64,000 nt of DNA from an uncultured Myxococcales bacterium (lineage in GTDB: Bacteria; Myxococcota_A; UBA9042): assembly GCA_903842345.1 (NCBI GenBank), contig CAIMLR010000017.1, forward strand, positions 33,960 through 97,959, in the 5' to 3' direction. The translations under genes were made by a program, and so were the position numbers. Shown in pieces: positions 1-11,300 of the stretch (the stretch's first letter is position 1; each line of letters starts with the position of its first letter). Below the pieces are notes generated by a model. The model was not told the origin of the DNA. It ran no database searches and saw nothing but the letters and a program-made list of their open reading frames with translations.

Positions 1-382
1 CGCGTTCCTGCGCGACGCCGCCCGCGCTTGGGGCTTGCAGGTTGGCACGGTCTCGCAGCCGCTTGGCACGATCACGCCGGCCAGTCGTCTGGTCGTGGCC
101 GGTGTCGGAGCGCTGCTCGCCGTCTTCGCCGCGTTTGACGGCCGCTCCGGCTTCGATTTCGCCGAACAGGTCACCGTCGTTGCCGACCGGCCGGGTGAGC
201 GGCAGCTGGCTGGCCTCGTGGGCGCCCTGCTCGGCAGCCATCAGGCCGTCAAGCTCTTGGCTCCGAATGCTGCCAAGGACGCAGTCGCGGCCTTTCGCGC
301 GGAACGCATCATCGCGTCGTCGGACGTCTCTGCCGCGGTTACCCGTGCGCTGGACTCTTGGCGGCAAGGGGGCCTCTTCTAA
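1..382 (+). CDS. Hypothetical protein, 5'-truncated at the window edge. The reading frame is open from nt 2. Its stop TAA at 380-382 overlaps the ATG of pglW (TAATG).
   Basis: ORF track 35..382. The frame is open to position 2. Ala/Val-rich with no recognisable motif. Translationally coupled to the downstream pglW. Confidence 0.3.
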   Translation, partial: AFLRDAARAWGLQVGTVSQPLGTITPASRLVVAGVGALLAVFAAFDGRSGFDFAEQVTVVADRPGERQLAGLVGALLGSHQAVKLLAPNAAKDAVAAFRAERIIASSDVSAAVTRALDSWRQGGLF

Positions 383-3300
383 TGGCCCTGTCGGCGTCCC
401 GCATTCCCGCTCAAGGCCTCACTCGCCATCCGCACGAAGCGGCGGCGTTTGAGCTGGTTCGCGCGACGCTTCCGGACTCGGACCCGTATCACGCTTGGGC
501 ATTTGTCGAGCTGCGTGCCCCGGACGGCCGCCTGTATGAAATTGACGCCTTGGTTCTGACCCGCAACTGCCTGTTCCTGATTGAAATGAAGTCGTGGCAC
601 GGCAAGGTGCGCAGCGACAATCCGGTCGACTTCATCCGCACGATGCCCGACGGCAGAAGCTGGGTCGAAGCCAACCCCTACGACTTGGCCAACCTGAAGG
701 CCAAGGTCCTGGCGTCGATGCTGGAACGGCGGATGGGCAGCCGTAAGCCGCACGTGCAGGCGCTGGTGCTCATCACGGAGTCGACCGGCATCGAGCTGCG
801 CGGGCAGGCAGGGTCGTGCATCGTCGGCCCAAAGAAACTGCCGGACGCCCTGCTCCGCAGCCAGTTTGACGGCGCCCCAGCATGGTTGTCCGCGCGCACC
901 GTCGACAAGCCGATCGCGCGCGACGTGGCGGCGGCGCTGCTTGCGATGGGCGTGGCCAAGAGCAAAGGCGCGTTCAAACTGGGTGCACTTGAACTCGGTG
1001 AAGTACTGGAAGAAGGCCCGGGCTATCAGGACCGGATCGGCCGAAACCCGACCGTCAAGGAAATGGAGCGCCGCGTCCGCCTGTACCTGGTGCCGCAGGC
1101 CGCGACCGACGCCAACCGCGAGCAATTGCGCCGCGCGGCAGAACGGGAAGCCCGACTGCTGACCGTGCTGGGCGACCACCGCTACATCCTCAAGGCGCCG
1201 GACTACAACCCCGAAGGTCCGCACGGTGGGCCGTGTGTCGTTTTTGAGCGGTTTGACGACGGCGTCACGCTCGACACGTTCATGCGCCGCCACGCGGATC
1301 TGCCGCTGGACCTGCGCATCGACATCATCACGCAGGTTGGCGAGGCGCTGCAGTACTGCCACGCCAAGAGCGTTTTCCACCGCGGCCTACACCCGGGCGC
1401 CGTGCTGGTGCGCAGGAATGCCGACGGCAAGGTCGAGACGCGTCTGTACAACTTCCAGCTGGCGGCGCGCGAAGGCATGACGTCGGGCACGGCGCACCAC
1501 ACGTTGCACACCGCGCGGGCGGCGGAAATCTACCGAGCGCCGGAGCTGCTGGAGAACCCGCAGATTCAGAACGCGGAAGCCGACATCTTCTCGCTGGGCG
1601 CTGTCGCCTGGTTTGTGCTGGTGGGCCGACCGCCGGCGAGCAACCTGGCCGAGCGTCAGCGTATCCTCGACCTGAACGATTGCCTGTCCCTGGCGCCGGC
1701 GCGCGACGATCTGGCCAACGGCTACCGTGACGTCGACGACGATGGTTTTCGCGGCCTGGACGACGCGATTCAAGCGGCGACGCAGGCCAAGCCCGTCAAC
1801 CGCAACGACTCCGTGCACCAGTGGCTGGAATGGCTGATGGACGCTGTGACCAAGCCGGCCCCACCAGAAGACACCACGGTGGAGCCGCTTTCGGCGCGCG
1901 CCAAGGACGAATTGGAAGACGGCTTCACGGTCGTGGAGGTGCTGGGCACCGGCTCGACGGCGCGGGCGCTGCTGGTCGAGCGGGATGGGCGTCAGTACGC
2001 CTTGAAAGTGGCGCTGGACCGGGACTGCGAAGACAAGCTGCAGGCAGAAGCGCTGGTGTTGGAGAAGCTGACCAAGCTCGACAACATCGTCACGCTCGCC
2101 GCCACGCCGACCATCGCAGGCCGGTATTCGCTGCTCATGACGCACGCCGGGCAATCGCTGGCGCAGTATTTGGCGAAGGCTGGCCCACCGACGCTGGACC
2201 TCGCCGCACGCTGGGGCGAGGACCTGCTGCGCGCGCTGGTGACGCTGGAAGAGCTGGGCATCCAGCACCGCGACATCAAGCCAGCCAACATCGGTACGAA
2301 CGACACGGCGGCCAAAGACGCGCGGCATCTGATCCTGTTCGACTTCTCGCTGTCGCCCGTGCCCGCGGAACGCACGACCGCAGGCACGCCAGCCTACCGC
2401 GACCCGTTCCTCATCAAGCGCGGCCGCTGGGACCAGGCGGCAGACCGGTACTCTGCGGCGCTGACGCTCTACGAGATGCTGACGGGCGTGCTGCCCCGCT
2501 ATGGCAGGGGCAACACGTCCGCGATTGCGACCGACGAGGAAGTGACGGTCGAAGCCGAGCGCTTTGACGCCGCCATCCGCGAGCAGGTTGCCGCCTTCTT
2601 TGCCAAGGCGCTGGCCCGCAATGTCCTGGAACGCCATGCAAGTGCCGAGTCGATGCTGCACGACTGGCGCCGCTGCCTGGCTGGCTTGGACGCCGCGACA
2701 GCACACGGCGACGACGACGCGCAGAGCGACGAGAACATCAGCAAGTTCAACTACGCGGGCCTGACGGCTGAATCGCCCGTGGACGTGCTGCCGTTGACCG
2801 TGCGCGCCCGCAGTGCGCTGGACCGCTCGGGCGCCCACACGGTGCGCGAACTGCTGGGTCTGTCGCGCAACCGCCTGGCGTTCATCCGCGGCGTGGGCAA
2901 AGACACCCGCAACGCGATCCTGCGGGTCATCAACCTGATCGAGGAAGCCAAGCCCGACCTGCGCGGCGCGCAAGGCGAGGCGTTCTGGCCGGACTGGCGC
3001 GGCGTCGATTCCACGGTGGCGCTGGTGCCGGGCTTGGGCCAGGACGCCGCTGCTGCGCTGGAAGACGCCGACCTGCGCCGCGTCGGCCAGCTGGTGCGTG
3101 CGCCCAAGTCCCGCGTGGAGCGGCTGCTGCAGCGCTTTCCGGGCGCGGCCGATGCGGTCACGGCCTACTTGAAGCTCGCCCTGCCGGGTACCGTCCCCGC
3201 GCTGGCAACGACGATTGAAGGCTGGGTGGATCTGCTCCTGCCGCCGTCCGCCGCCAAGCGGGGCGATGCTGCGTTGCGCAACGTGCGAGTGCTGTTTGGT

Positions 3301-4749
3301 CTGGAGGACGTCGACGGCAAGTACGCGGAGAACGCGGACACGGCCGCGACGCTGCTCGGCATGACGCGGCAAGCCGTCCACATCTCGCTCACCCACCGCA
3401 AAGAAGCGTGGCTGGGCATCCCGCACGACGACGTTCTGACCGCGGTGAAGTTGACGCTGGACGCCTTGGGCGGCGCGGCCCCTGCGGCGCGCGTGGCGGA
3501 CGCGTTGCCCGACATCCTGCCGCACGCCGCTGATATTACCGGTGATACGGCCGCGCGTTCTGCCCTGGCGCTGGTGCAGTTGGCCGCCGCGCTGGCTAGC
3601 GACTTCACCAGCACGTGGAAGGCCAGTACCCGCTGGCTCGTGCCGGACACTTCGTGCGGCGCCGTGGTCCGTGACCTCGGCAAGGTCGCTGACAGCCTTG
3701 CGGCGCGTGAGACCGTGGCGGCACCGGGTGTCGCGCAGGAAGCTTTGCTTGCCGTCGTGAAGAATACGCCGCTGGCCAGTGCGCCGCCGGAGCGTCTGGT
3801 GCGCATCGCCGCCTGGGCGAGTGACCACGCGGCCGCCAGCGCGCGTCTGGAGCTCTACCCGCGCGGCTTGCATGCCAAACGGGCGCTGCAGCTCTGCTCG
3901 GGTGCGGTGTCGGCCAAGGAGCTGAAGGTTGAGGAGCTGAACACGCTCGTGTGCGCCCGTTACCCGGAGTCCGAGCCGCTGCCGACGCGCCCCGCGCTGG
4001 ACGCCTTGGTCAAGCACGAGCTGGGCCTGCGCTGGTTTGAAGACCGTCAGGCGTACGCGCGCGACTATGCGCCGGGTGAGACGCGCAATCACACGCAGCA
4101 CTCGACGTCGCACCGGTCTGCGTCCACCGGCCGTCTGCGTTCGTCGTCCTTGGTGACCGCGCCGATCCAGACGCCGGAACAACAGGTCGCGTCCGACTTC
4201 GAGCGGGATCTGCAAATCGCTCTCGAACGATTCAGCTTCAAGGTGCTGCGGGTGGGCGCCAGCAAAGCGGAAGCGCTCGCGCGGGCCATCCGGGCACGTT
4301 TCAACGTGCAGGAAGTATCGCTGGACGAGTTGCTGCTCAAGCACGCGCGCGCCTTCGCGGCCGAGCATGAGTTCGCGCTGGAGCTGGTGTACACGGCCGA
4401 CCGCGCTGGCAAAGACAGCGACCGCTGGAACGATCTGGTGTCCGTCATGCGCGAAGCTGCCACCCGCACGCAGATTGAGCTGCTGGCCAAGCGCGGCATG
4501 CTGCTGCTGACCCGTCCGGGCTTGCTGGCGCGCTATGGCTTGAACGACCTCGTCGTCAACCTGCGCGACGCCGTCGCCACGACGGACGGCCTCGGCATCC
4601 TGTTCATCGTGCCGTCGGAGGCCGCAAACCCCGCGCTGGTCATTGACGGCCGCCCGTACAGCATGGAACTGGAAGCGCTGCCCGCCCACCGTCTGGAAGT
4701 CCCTCCCGCCTGGATCCGCCAGCACACGCCGGCCATCCTCGCCGCCTGA
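382..4749 (+). CDS. pglW: BREX type 2 PglW: serine/threonine protein kinase with an N-terminal NERD-like nuclease-related domain, a degenerate then a canonical kinase domain, and a C-terminal HhH-like region
   Basis: NERD-like motif YEIDALVLTRNCLFLIEMKSWHGKV. First kinase-like domain with a degenerate catalytic loop (HRGLHPGAVLV). Second domain has the glycine loop LGTGSTARALLVERDGRQYALKV, catalytic HRDIKPANIG and DFS. HhH-like GVGKDTRNAIL. Position is first in the pglW-X-Y-Z-brxD-brxHI order. ATG at 382; the track alternative is TTG at 358. Confidence 0.85.
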   Translation: MALSASRIPAQGLTRHPHEAAAFELVRATLPDSDPYHAWAFVELRAPDGRLYEIDALVLTRNCLFLIEMKSWHGKVRSDNPVDFIRTMPDGRSWVEANPYDLANLKAKVLASMLERRMGSRKPHVQALVLITESTGIELRGQAGSCIVGPKKLPDALLRSQFDGAPAWLSARTVDKPIARDVAAALLAMGVAKSKGAFKLGALELGEVLEEGPGYQDRIGRNPTVKEMERRVRLYLVPQAATDANREQLRRAAEREARLLTVLGDHRYILKAPDYNPEGPHGGPCVVFERFDDGVTLDTFMRRHADLPLDLRIDIITQVGEALQYCHAKSVFHRGLHPGAVLVRRNADGKVETRLYNFQLAAREGMTSGTAHHTLHTARAAEIYRAPELLENPQIQNAEADIFSLGAVAWFVLVGRPPASNLAERQRILDLNDCLSLAPARDDLANGYRDVDDDGFRGLDDAIQAATQAKPVNRNDSVHQWLEWLMDAVTKPAPPEDTTVEPLSARAKDELEDGFTVVEVLGTGSTARALLVERDGRQYALKVALDRDCEDKLQAEALVLEKLTKLDNIVTLAATPTIAGRYSLLMTHAGQSLAQYLAKAGPPTLDLAARWGEDLLRALVTLEELGIQHRDIKPANIGTNDTAAKDARHLILFDFSLSPVPAERTTAGTPAYRDPFLIKRGRWDQAADRYSAALTLYEMLTGVLPRYGRGNTSAIATDEEVTVEAERFDAAIREQVAAFFAKALARNVLERHASAESMLHDWRRCLAGLDAATAHGDDDAQSDENISKFNYAGLTAESPVDVLPLTVRARSALDRSGAHTVRELLGLSRNRLAFIRGVGKDTRNAILRVINLIEEAKPDLRGAQGEAFWPDWRGVDSTVALVPGLGQDAAAALEDADLRRVGQLVRAPKSRVERLLQRFPGAADAVTAYLKLALPGTVPALATTIEGWVDLLLPPSAAKRGDAALRNVRVLFGLEDVDGKYAENADTAATLLGMTRQAVHISLTHRKEAWLGIPHDDVLTAVKLTLDALGGAAPAARVADALPDILPHAADITGDTAARSALALVQLAAALASDFTSTWKASTRWLVPDTSCGAVVRDLGKVADSLAARETVAAPGVAQEALLAVVKNTPLASAPPERLVRIAAWASDHAAASARLELYPRGLHAKRALQLCSGAVSAKELKVEELNTLVCARYPESEPLPTRPALDALVKHELGLRWFEDRQAYARDYAPGETRNHTQHSTSHRSASTGRLRSSSLVTAPIQTPEQQVASDFERDLQIALERFSFKVLRVGASKAEALARAIRARFNVQEVSLDELLLKHARAFAAEHEFALELVYTADRAGKDSDRWNDLVSVMREAATRTQIELLAKRGMLLLTRPGLLARYGLNDLVVNLRDAVATTDGLGILFIVPSEAANPALVIDGRPYSMELEALPAHRLEVPPAWIRQHTPAILAA

Positions 4750-4770
4750 CTTTTTTCGCACCGGAGTCCC

Positions 4771-7700
4771 ATGGCCCGCACCCGCCAGCCCGAGAACCTG
4801 ACCGCAGCGCTCGCCCGTCTCCTGACCAGGACGCTGCTGCCGGACCTGCGCGAGCGCACCAAGCTGCCGGCCGTGGCCAAGGAACTGCAGCGGGAGTACG
4901 ACGACGAGCGCGCGGCCAAGAAGACCGGTGCCAGCTTTATCGACTGGCGCGAGCAGCTGCTGGATCAGGTGGCCGCGGCGTGGGCGCTGTCCTGCGTGTT
5001 CGTGCGCACGCTGGAGGATCGCGACCTGCTGGACCAGCGCCGCATCGCCGGGCCGGGCGCGGATGACAGCCTGCACCTCTTCTACACGCTGGCGCCGAGC
5101 CTGGGCCCGCGCGAGTACCTGCTTGGCGTGTTCAAGGAAGTGTCGCGCCTGCCCGGTGCCGTGGACCTGCTGGGGCCCAAGCACAACGCCGCGTGGAAGC
5201 TGGGGCCGAGCCAGGACGGCGCACGCGCGCTGCACGATTTCTTCCGGGAAGTGGATGACGCGGGCGAGCTCCGCTGGCAGTTCGGCGGCGAGGACACGCG
5301 CTTTCTGGGCGACCTGTACCAGGACCTGTCCGAAGCCGTGCGCGAGCGCTTTGCACTGTTGCAGACGCCGGAGTTCGTGGAGTCGTTCATCCTCGACCGG
5401 ACGCTGACGCCTGCCATTGCCGAGTTTGGCCTGCAGACCGTGCAGGTGCTGGACCCGACGTGCGGTTCTGGCCACTTTTTGCTGGGCGCGTTCGAGCAGC
5501 TGTTCAACCAGCGGCTGGCGGCGACGCCGGGGGCGGAGCTGGGCAAGGTCGCGCTGGCGGCGCTGCAGCAGGTGCATGGCGTGGACCTGAACCCGTACGC
5601 GGTGGCAATTGCGCGGTTCCGGCTGACGCTCCGGTTCTTGCAGGTGACCGGGATTGGCAAGTTGCGGAACGCGCCGCGGGAGTTGGACGAACTGACGGGC
5701 AACCTGGTGGTGGCTGATTCGTTGCTGATCGAGGCTGGCGGCCAGCGTCACGCGGGCGAGCTGTTCCCGTCGGACGAGGGCTGGGGCAAGGACGTGTCGA
5801 TCTTTGCGCTGGATGAACCCGAGGCGGCGCGCGAACTGCTGCGGAAACGGTTCCACATCGTCGTGGGGAATCCGCCGTACATCACCTGCAAGGACGCTGT
5901 GTTGCGGGAGGCGTACCGGGCGAAGTACACGAGCGCGGCTGGCAAGTACGCGCTGTCTGCACCGTTTGCTGAGCGATTCTTTCAGCTGGGCTCGGACGGA
6001 GCGTTTGTCGGGCAGATCACCTCCAACTCGTTCATGAAGCGCGAGTTTGGCAAGTCGCTGATTGAGCAGGTGTTTCCGCACCTAGATTTGACCGAAATCA
6101 TTGACACTTCAGGCGCGTACATCCCTGGGCACGGCACGCCGACGGTGATTCTCGTCGGGCGGAATCGCCCGCCGGTGCACTCGACTGTTTTTGCTATTCA
6201 AGGCAAGCGCGGCGAGCCATCCACGCCGTTAGATCCGGCGTCTGGTAGGGTTTGGACAAGTATCGTGTCGACAATGAGGGCACGAGACGAAGGAGTAGTA
6301 GCGCCTGACGCCGACGAGTTCATCTCCAACGCAACATTCGCCCGAAAGGCCCTCGCGATTCATCCATGGTCGCTCGGTGGTGGTGGCGCCAGCGAACTCA
6401 AGGAAGTGCTCGATCAGACAGCCCACTCCCAGCTCGGAAGCACAACATCGATCGGCATCGGCTCGATCTCAGCCGCGGACGAAGTGCATATTCGGACAGC
6501 TCAGGAATGGGCGCGCGTGCGGATGCCCCCTAAATGGCTTCGTCAGCTCGTCACAGGCGATATCGTCCGGGACTGGCTCGCACCTTCGACGGAGCAAGCG
6601 TGGCACCCATACGGCGACAGCGGCCGCCTCGCACCGCCTGACCCCGCTGAACTGTCCGCGCTGTGGCGATTCCGGACGATTTTGTGGGATCGCGCCACGT
6701 TTTCCGGGCGGAACTACCGATCTGAAGGTCGACCTTGGTACGAATGGCATCAGGTCACGGGGAGCAGGTATGCGACGCCTCTATCCCTCAACTTCGCCTG
6801 CGTCGCTACGCACAACCACTTCGTTCTCGACAAGGGGGGCAGCGTGTTCAACCGCTCCGCTCCTGTCATCAAACTTCCCGCCGACGCCAGCGTCGACGAC
6901 CACTTGGCAGTGCTCGGTGTGCTGAATTCGTCGGTTGCCTGCTTCTGGATCAAGCAGGTGTTCTATCCGAAGGCGTCGGCCTCCAAGGAAGCGTATTCCG
7001 AACCAGGAAAGCCAGAAGATAACCGGTATGACATCGCTGCAACCGGGATGGAATCGTTCCCGATGCCCGATCTTTCCAATCGGTTCCGCGACCCCATTAT
7101 TGAGTGCGCGCGGAGCATCGATCGGCTGGCCCGCACACGCGCCCGCGTGGAGCCGCTCTACATCGTCGCCGGCAACAACGGCTCAGCCCAATCACTGACG
7201 AGAGCACTCGCGGACGCAGATGCCAACTCACAGACGCTCTTGAACGAGATGGTGGCCTGGCAAGAAGAGTTGGACTGGCTGGTTTACTCGGCGTACGGAC
7301 TGACCGGCGACGTGGAACGCATTCGGACGCCTTCGCCAGTCCGCCCAGAGGACCGCCCGTTTGCTTGGGTGAATGACGATGGGCCCGCTCATTTGCCGCT
7401 GGAAAATGCACAGGTCTATCGACAGCGGCGGAAGTTGATTCTTGAGAACCGAAACCTTGCGCTCATCGAGACCCCGGTGTTCAAGCGTCTGTGGCTCGGG
7501 CAACGCGGCATCTTTGGCCACAACAATTTGGACTACAAGCAGCGCACCACTTCGGCGTGCAAAGCATGGCTGCTGGACCGCCTGGAATCCTGGAGCCAGG
7601 ACGACCTCAGCCGCCCCTTCTCCATCCGCGAAGCCACCCAAGCCCTGCAGCACGAGCCCGCCGTCCAAGCCGTTGCCGAAGTCCTCACCGGCTCGTCGGA

Positions 7701-8295
7701 CTACGACCTCGAACGCGTGCTGACCGACCTCGCACTGACCGACGCCGTGCCCGCCATTGCCGCCCAGCGCTACAGCGACATCGGCATGGAAAAGCGCGCG
7801 GCGTGGGAGAAGACCTGGGACCTGCAGCGCAAGGAAGACGCGGGCGAGACGGTCGACATCCCGGTGCCGCCCAAGTACGGCCAGCCCGACTTCCGCAGCA
7901 CGACCTACTGGCAGCTGCGCGGCAAGCTGGACGTGCCCAAGGAGCGGTTTGTCCACTTGCCCGGCGCAGAACGCGATGACGACCCGAGCCCCGTTCTGCT
8001 CTGGGCCGGTGCGGACCACCTGCAGCGCGCGCTGGCGATGGCGGCGCTCTACCAGGACCGCGAGGCGGTGGAAGGCTGGGACAAGGACCGGCTGCTGCCG
8101 CTGCTGGTGGGCGTGGCGGAGCTGGTGCCGTGGATCAAGCAGTGGCACAACGAGCCCGGCCGCGGCGGCCAGCGCATGGGCGAATATTTTGCGAAATACG
8201 TGGAAGACGAGGCGCGCAAGCTGGGCAAGTCGGTGGACGACCTGGCCAAGTGGCGGCCGATGGCGAAGGTGCGCAAGGGGCGCGGGAAGGCGTAA
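4771..8295 (+). CDS. pglX: BREX PglX/BrxX N6-adenine DNA methyltransferase
   Basis: 1174 aa. AdoMet motif I VLDPTCGSGHFLLGAF. Catalytic motif IV VVGNPPYI (NPPY). Size and position are typical of PglX. Confidence 0.9.
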   Translation: MARTRQPENLTAALARLLTRTLLPDLRERTKLPAVAKELQREYDDERAAKKTGASFIDWREQLLDQVAAAWALSCVFVRTLEDRDLLDQRRIAGPGADDSLHLFYTLAPSLGPREYLLGVFKEVSRLPGAVDLLGPKHNAAWKLGPSQDGARALHDFFREVDDAGELRWQFGGEDTRFLGDLYQDLSEAVRERFALLQTPEFVESFILDRTLTPAIAEFGLQTVQVLDPTCGSGHFLLGAFEQLFNQRLAATPGAELGKVALAALQQVHGVDLNPYAVAIARFRLTLRFLQVTGIGKLRNAPRELDELTGNLVVADSLLIEAGGQRHAGELFPSDEGWGKDVSIFALDEPEAARELLRKRFHIVVGNPPYITCKDAVLREAYRAKYTSAAGKYALSAPFAERFFQLGSDGAFVGQITSNSFMKREFGKSLIEQVFPHLDLTEIIDTSGAYIPGHGTPTVILVGRNRPPVHSTVFAIQGKRGEPSTPLDPASGRVWTSIVSTMRARDEGVVAPDADEFISNATFARKALAIHPWSLGGGGASELKEVLDQTAHSQLGSTTSIGIGSISAADEVHIRTAQEWARVRMPPKWLRQLVTGDIVRDWLAPSTEQAWHPYGDSGRLAPPDPAELSALWRFRTILWDRATFSGRNYRSEGRPWYEWHQVTGSRYATPLSLNFACVATHNHFVLDKGGSVFNRSAPVIKLPADASVDDHLAVLGVLNSSVACFWIKQVFYPKASASKEAYSEPGKPEDNRYDIAATGMESFPMPDLSNRFRDPIIECARSIDRLARTRARVEPLYIVAGNNGSAQSLTRALADADANSQTLLNEMVAWQEELDWLVYSAYGLTGDVERIRTPSPVRPEDRPFAWVNDDGPAHLPLENAQVYRQRRKLILENRNLALIETPVFKRLWLGQRGIFGHNNLDYKQRTTSACKAWLLDRLESWSQDDLSRPFSIREATQALQHEPAVQAVAEVLTGSSDYDLERVLTDLALTDAVPAIAAQRYSDIGMEKRAAWEKTWDLQRKEDAGETVDIPVPPKYGQPDFRSTTYWQLRGKLDVPKERFVHLPGAERDDDPSPVLLWAGADHLQRALAMAALYQDREAVEGWDKDRLLPLLVGVAELVPWIKQWHNEPGRGGQRMGEYFAKYVEDEARKLGKSVDDLAKWRPMAKVRKGRGKA

Positions 8296-8304
8296 CGGCC
8301 GGGT

Positions 8305-11300
8305 GTGGGAGAATCGATGACCAAGCTGCGTGAACTGCTGATCCTGCCAGAGACCGTCTCCAAGGGGCAGTTCGTCGTCCGTCTGACCGACGGCGTCGAA
8401 CACCCCGAGGAGCTGCTCAAGGACTACGCCATCACGCCGGACTTGGCCGCGGCCTTTGACAAGGCGCTGAGCCTGACCCGCGAATCGCTGCAGAACGCCC
8501 GCAGCGTCGGCAGCTACATCCACGGCTCGTTTGGCTCCGGCAAGTCGCACTTCATGGCCGCGCTGTCGCTGACGCTGGCGGGCAACCCGACGCCGTGGGG
8601 CAAGCCGGAGCTGCACGCCACGCTGGCAAAGCACGAGTGGGTCAAGAACACCAAGCTGATGCGCCTGCACTTTCACGTCGTCGGCGCGCAGACGCTCGAA
8701 GAGAAGGTCTTTGCCGGCTACCTGGACTTCGTGCAGGCCAACCACAGGGACGCCCCGCTGCCGGCGCTGTTTCAGGACGCCGCGCTCTTTGCCAACGCCG
8801 TTCAGATGCGCAGCACGCTGGGCGACACGCCGTTCTTTGAGCGATTGAACGCCGCGACGCCCAGCGGCAACGGCGGTGGCTGGGGCACTTTCCGCCCGGC
8901 CGCGCGCTGGCATGCGGACAGCTTTGACCAAGCCGTGGCCTCGACGGACGCCCAGCTCCGCGCCGACCTGTTCTCAGCGCTGGTGCGCACGCTGTTCCCA
9001 GCGTTCATTGGCCAACAGTCGCGCTACGTCGGCATCGACGACGGGCTGGCGGTGCTGTCGCAGCACGCGGCCAAGCTCGGCTATCAGGGCGTGGTGCTGT
9101 TCCTCGACGAACTCATCCTGTGGCTGGCCAGTCGCGCCGCCGACCAAACGTGGCTGAGCGCGGAAGCGACCAAGGTCGCCAAGCTGGTGGAAGCGCAGAA
9201 CACCCACCGGCCGATCCCCATCATCAACTTTGTGGCCCGGCAGCGCGACATCTCGGAACTGGTCGGCGACTCCATGGCCGGCGCCAATGCGGTGAACTTG
9301 CGCGATTCGCTCAAGTGGTGGGAAGGCCGGTTTGACACCATCACGCTGCCCGACCGCAACCTGCCCGCCATCATCGCCACCCGCGTCGTCAAGCCGCGCG
9401 ACACGCAAGCGCGCAACCAGCTGAACCAGGCGTTCAGCAAGTTCCAGGGCGGCGCGCGCGCATCGTGGGCCACGCTCTTGGGCGAGGAATGGTCGACGCA
9501 GGACTTCCAGCAGATCTACCCGTTCTCCCCGGCGCTGGTGCAGGGTCTCGTCGCGCTTTCGCACTACCTGCAGCGCGAGCGCACGGCGCTGAAAGTGCTT
9601 ATGGAAATGCTCGTCCAGCACATGGAGGATTTCAAGCTTGGCGACCTCGTCGGCGTCGGCGACCTGTTTGACGTGCTGGCCGGCGGCGAAGACCCGATGG
9701 ACGGGCGGATGCGCGACCTGTTCGACGGCGCCAAGAAGCTCTACAACAACGAGCTGCTGCCGCTCATCCAGAACCGCAACAACACCACGACTGAGGCGGT
9801 CTGCCAGCGCAAGCGCGACGACCACCCGATTGCGCTGGGCTGTTCCAACTGTCCTCAGACGGCGTGCCGCAGCGACAACCGCTTGGTCAAGACGCTGCTG
9901 CTGGCCGCGCTGGTGCCGGAAGTGCAGGTGCTCAAGCGCCTGACAGCGTCGCGGCTTGTGGCGCTCAACCATGGCACGCTGGAGGTGATGATCAAGGGGC
10001 GCGAGGCCAAGGACGCCGTCATCCGCCTGCGCGACTACGCCGCAGAAGTCGGCAAGCTGCAGATTGGCAGTGAGGATGACCCGACCCTGGCGATTGCGCT
10101 GCAGGGCGTGGACGTGAAGCCGCTGCTGGACCAGGAGCGCGTGCAGGACGGCCCAGGCGCACGGCGGCGGCGTCTGCGCGAGCTGCTGTTCCAGGCGCTG
10201 CAGTTGAACGACACGCTGGCGGAGCTCCCGTACAGCCTGGAGTGGCGCGGCACGATGCGCAAAGGCACAGTGCGCTTTGGCAACGTGCGGGAGATGACCG
10301 ACTCCGATCTGGACACGCCGACTGGCGACGACTTCCGCGTGGTCATCGACTACCCGTTTGACGAGCCGCAGCACCGTCCCAAGGAGGACGAGGAGCGCGT
10401 CGGCTTGTACCTGGAGAAAGGCAAGACGGCGCGGACTGTGGTGTGGCTGCCGAGCTTCTTCTCGGACAAGCTGCAGCGCGACCTGGGCGACCTGGTGGTG
10501 GTCGAGTACGTGCTGAAGAACGAGAGTCAGTCACTGGCGCTGTTGCGGCCCGAGGACCGTGCGCGCGCGGCGTCCGAACTGCAGAGCCTGCGCAACCAGA
10601 AGCAGGAGCGCCTGAAGCGGGCGCTGGCGGCGGCGTATGGCGTGGCGACGATGCAGGAAGGCGATCTGGACGAGGAGAACCGCGTCTCGCACAACTTCTA
10701 CCTGCTGCGCGAGGACCTGAAGGTGCAGCCGTCCTTGGCGGCGGACCTGAAAGCAGCGATGGATGGCGCGATTGGCGACATGCTGGCGCAGTGGTACCCG
10801 CGGCATCCGAAGTTCAGCGAACGCCTGTCGAACATGAAGCTGACCAAGGCCCTGGAGCGATTCCAGGCAGCGGTCGACGCCGAAGGCCAGCGGATTGCCG
10901 TGGACAGGGCCGAGCGGCCACAGTTGGACATCTGTCAGGACGCGCAACTGCTCCACGTGACCGACACCTGGGCGAGCGTGCATGCGGCGGTTCTGCAGCA
11001 GGTCGATGGCCGGCTGTCGGCGCGCGGGATGCTGCGGCCGATGGTCAAGCAGGTGGCGGACGCGTTTGACCCGGACGGCTACTTTGGCCTGCAGCGCGAC
11101 GTGCGCGACTTCTACGTGCTGGCGTACGCCGCGTGGAACGCCCGCCAGCTGCGGCTGGATGGCGAGCTGTGCAAGGACCTGAGGATCGGCCAGTTGCCGC
11201 CCGACGCGGAGCTGGAGAAGCCGCTGCTGCCGTCAGCCACGGAGTTCCAGAGCGCGCTTGAGAAAGCCGGCAAGCTGTTCGGCATCACGATTGCCGGCCG

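Noticed and set aside
1387-6081. 1564-aa minus-strand ORF antisense to pglW/pglX. Other long antisense ORFs of the same kind are 379..1380, 7228..8931, 8974..10374, 16889..17989, 26833..28074 and 28029..29897.
   Set aside because: Stop-codon scarcity in ~69% GC DNA produces long antisense frames. They are Arg/Ala/Gly-rich low-complexity and lack motifs. The sense-strand genes carry clear catalytic signatures.
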